Assembly (NCBI GenBank): GCA_965649055.1
Contig: CBFGJG010000021.1
Location: 4,540-32,147 of the forward strand
Source of the DNA: a candidate division WOR-3 bacterium
Lineage (GTDB): Bacteria > Hydrothermota > UBA3072 > B12-G15
Direction of reading: 5' to 3'
Length of the DNA stretch: 27,608 nucleotides
Part shown: one piece after another, positions 27,298 through 27,608 of the stretch
Position numbering within the stretch: the first letter of the stretch is position 1
How the letters are laid out: each line of letters starts with the position of its first letter
Program-made: the position numbers and the translations under genes
The notes under the pieces: model-generated
The model's input: only the letters and a program-made list of their open reading frames with translations
Databases searched by the model: none
Told to the model about the DNA's origin: nothing

Positions 27298-27608
27298 ATG
27301 AGAAAGATAATGATAATGTTAATAATGTTATTTTTCATTGGATGTTACAGGATAGAGGAATATGAGACAATAAAGGCAGTTGCCCCAAATTGGACATCAG
27401 ATAATAAGATAATATTTGTTAAAGACCATAATTTTGTGAGGAATATATGGGGGACATTTATGTTTGGTTCTTTGAGGACAGAAGGATGGGAGGAATTAAC
27501 ATTGTGTGAAGTAGATACGAATAAAAAGAATTATCGTGAGATATTGGTGTTAGCGAGAGGGAATAAATATCCATATTCAGTAGGTATAACGAACACATCA
27601 TCATCAGG
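27298..27608 (+). CDS. Lipoprotein, possibly TolB/PD40-like beta-propeller; truncated by the window end
   Basis: SD AGGAGGT and ATG. MRKIMIMLIMLFFIGC lipobox, then PNWTSDNKIIFV (PD40-like). The frame is open to the end of the window. Confidence 0.75.
   Translation, partial: MRKIMIMLIMLFFIGCYRIEEYETIKAVAPNWTSDNKIIFVKDHNFVRNIWGTFMFGSLRTEGWEELTLCEVDTNKKNYREILVLARGNKYPYSVGITNTSSS

Noticed and set aside
27307..27330. ATAATG micro-repeats at the lipoprotein start
   Set aside because: They simply encode the Ile/Met/Leu signal peptide and are in frame, so they are not a phase-variation tract.
26804..27592. 12-bp direct repeat TAGGTATAACGA at 26804-26815 and 27581-27592
   Set aside because: One short AT-rich match, with the second copy inside an intact CDS. 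It is plausible by chance, despite sitting near where IS110 similarity ends.
1..27608. CRISPR arrays, rRNA, prophage or defence genes
   Set aside because: No regularly spaced repeats or recognisable genes of these classes were seen.

Overview
AT-rich bacterial chromosomal window, mostly housekeeping genes. Secreted proteins with C-terminal sorting-type domains and the gene content suggest an FCB-group anaerobe, possibly WOR-3-like (inference only). From left to right: (1) a + strand operon of a pilin-like protein, a DUF58/vWA protein, a BatA-domain protein and an M18 aminopeptidase; (2) a short candidate sRNA with its own promoter and terminator; (3) ppdK; (4) a - strand operon of a DUF2378/H-NOX-like protein, a QueT transporter (probable CTG start) and a membrane GAF-GAF-GGDEF diguanylate cyclase; (5) divergent nth; (6) two large secreted proteases (M28, and papain-family C1 with an FG-GAP propeller); (7) a ~9.8 kb tightly packed - strand unit: tRNA-Leu(UAA), accD, ptsH, ptsI, pgi/pmi, sugar-phosphate nucleotidyltransferase, metK, ahcY, sensor kinase and NtrC-like regulator; (8) a decayed region with an IS110 transposase stub, a gene fragment and a REP-like palindrome, followed by a truncated lipoprotein gene. 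The best candidates for something new are the ~85-nt sRNA (4413-4497), whose unpaired part is antisense to a Shine-Dalgarno plus AUG region and pairs well with metK and ppdK, and the DUF2378-QueT-diguanylate cyclase operon. No CRISPR array, rRNA or intact mobile element was seen. All family calls come from motif recognition by eye, not from database searches.
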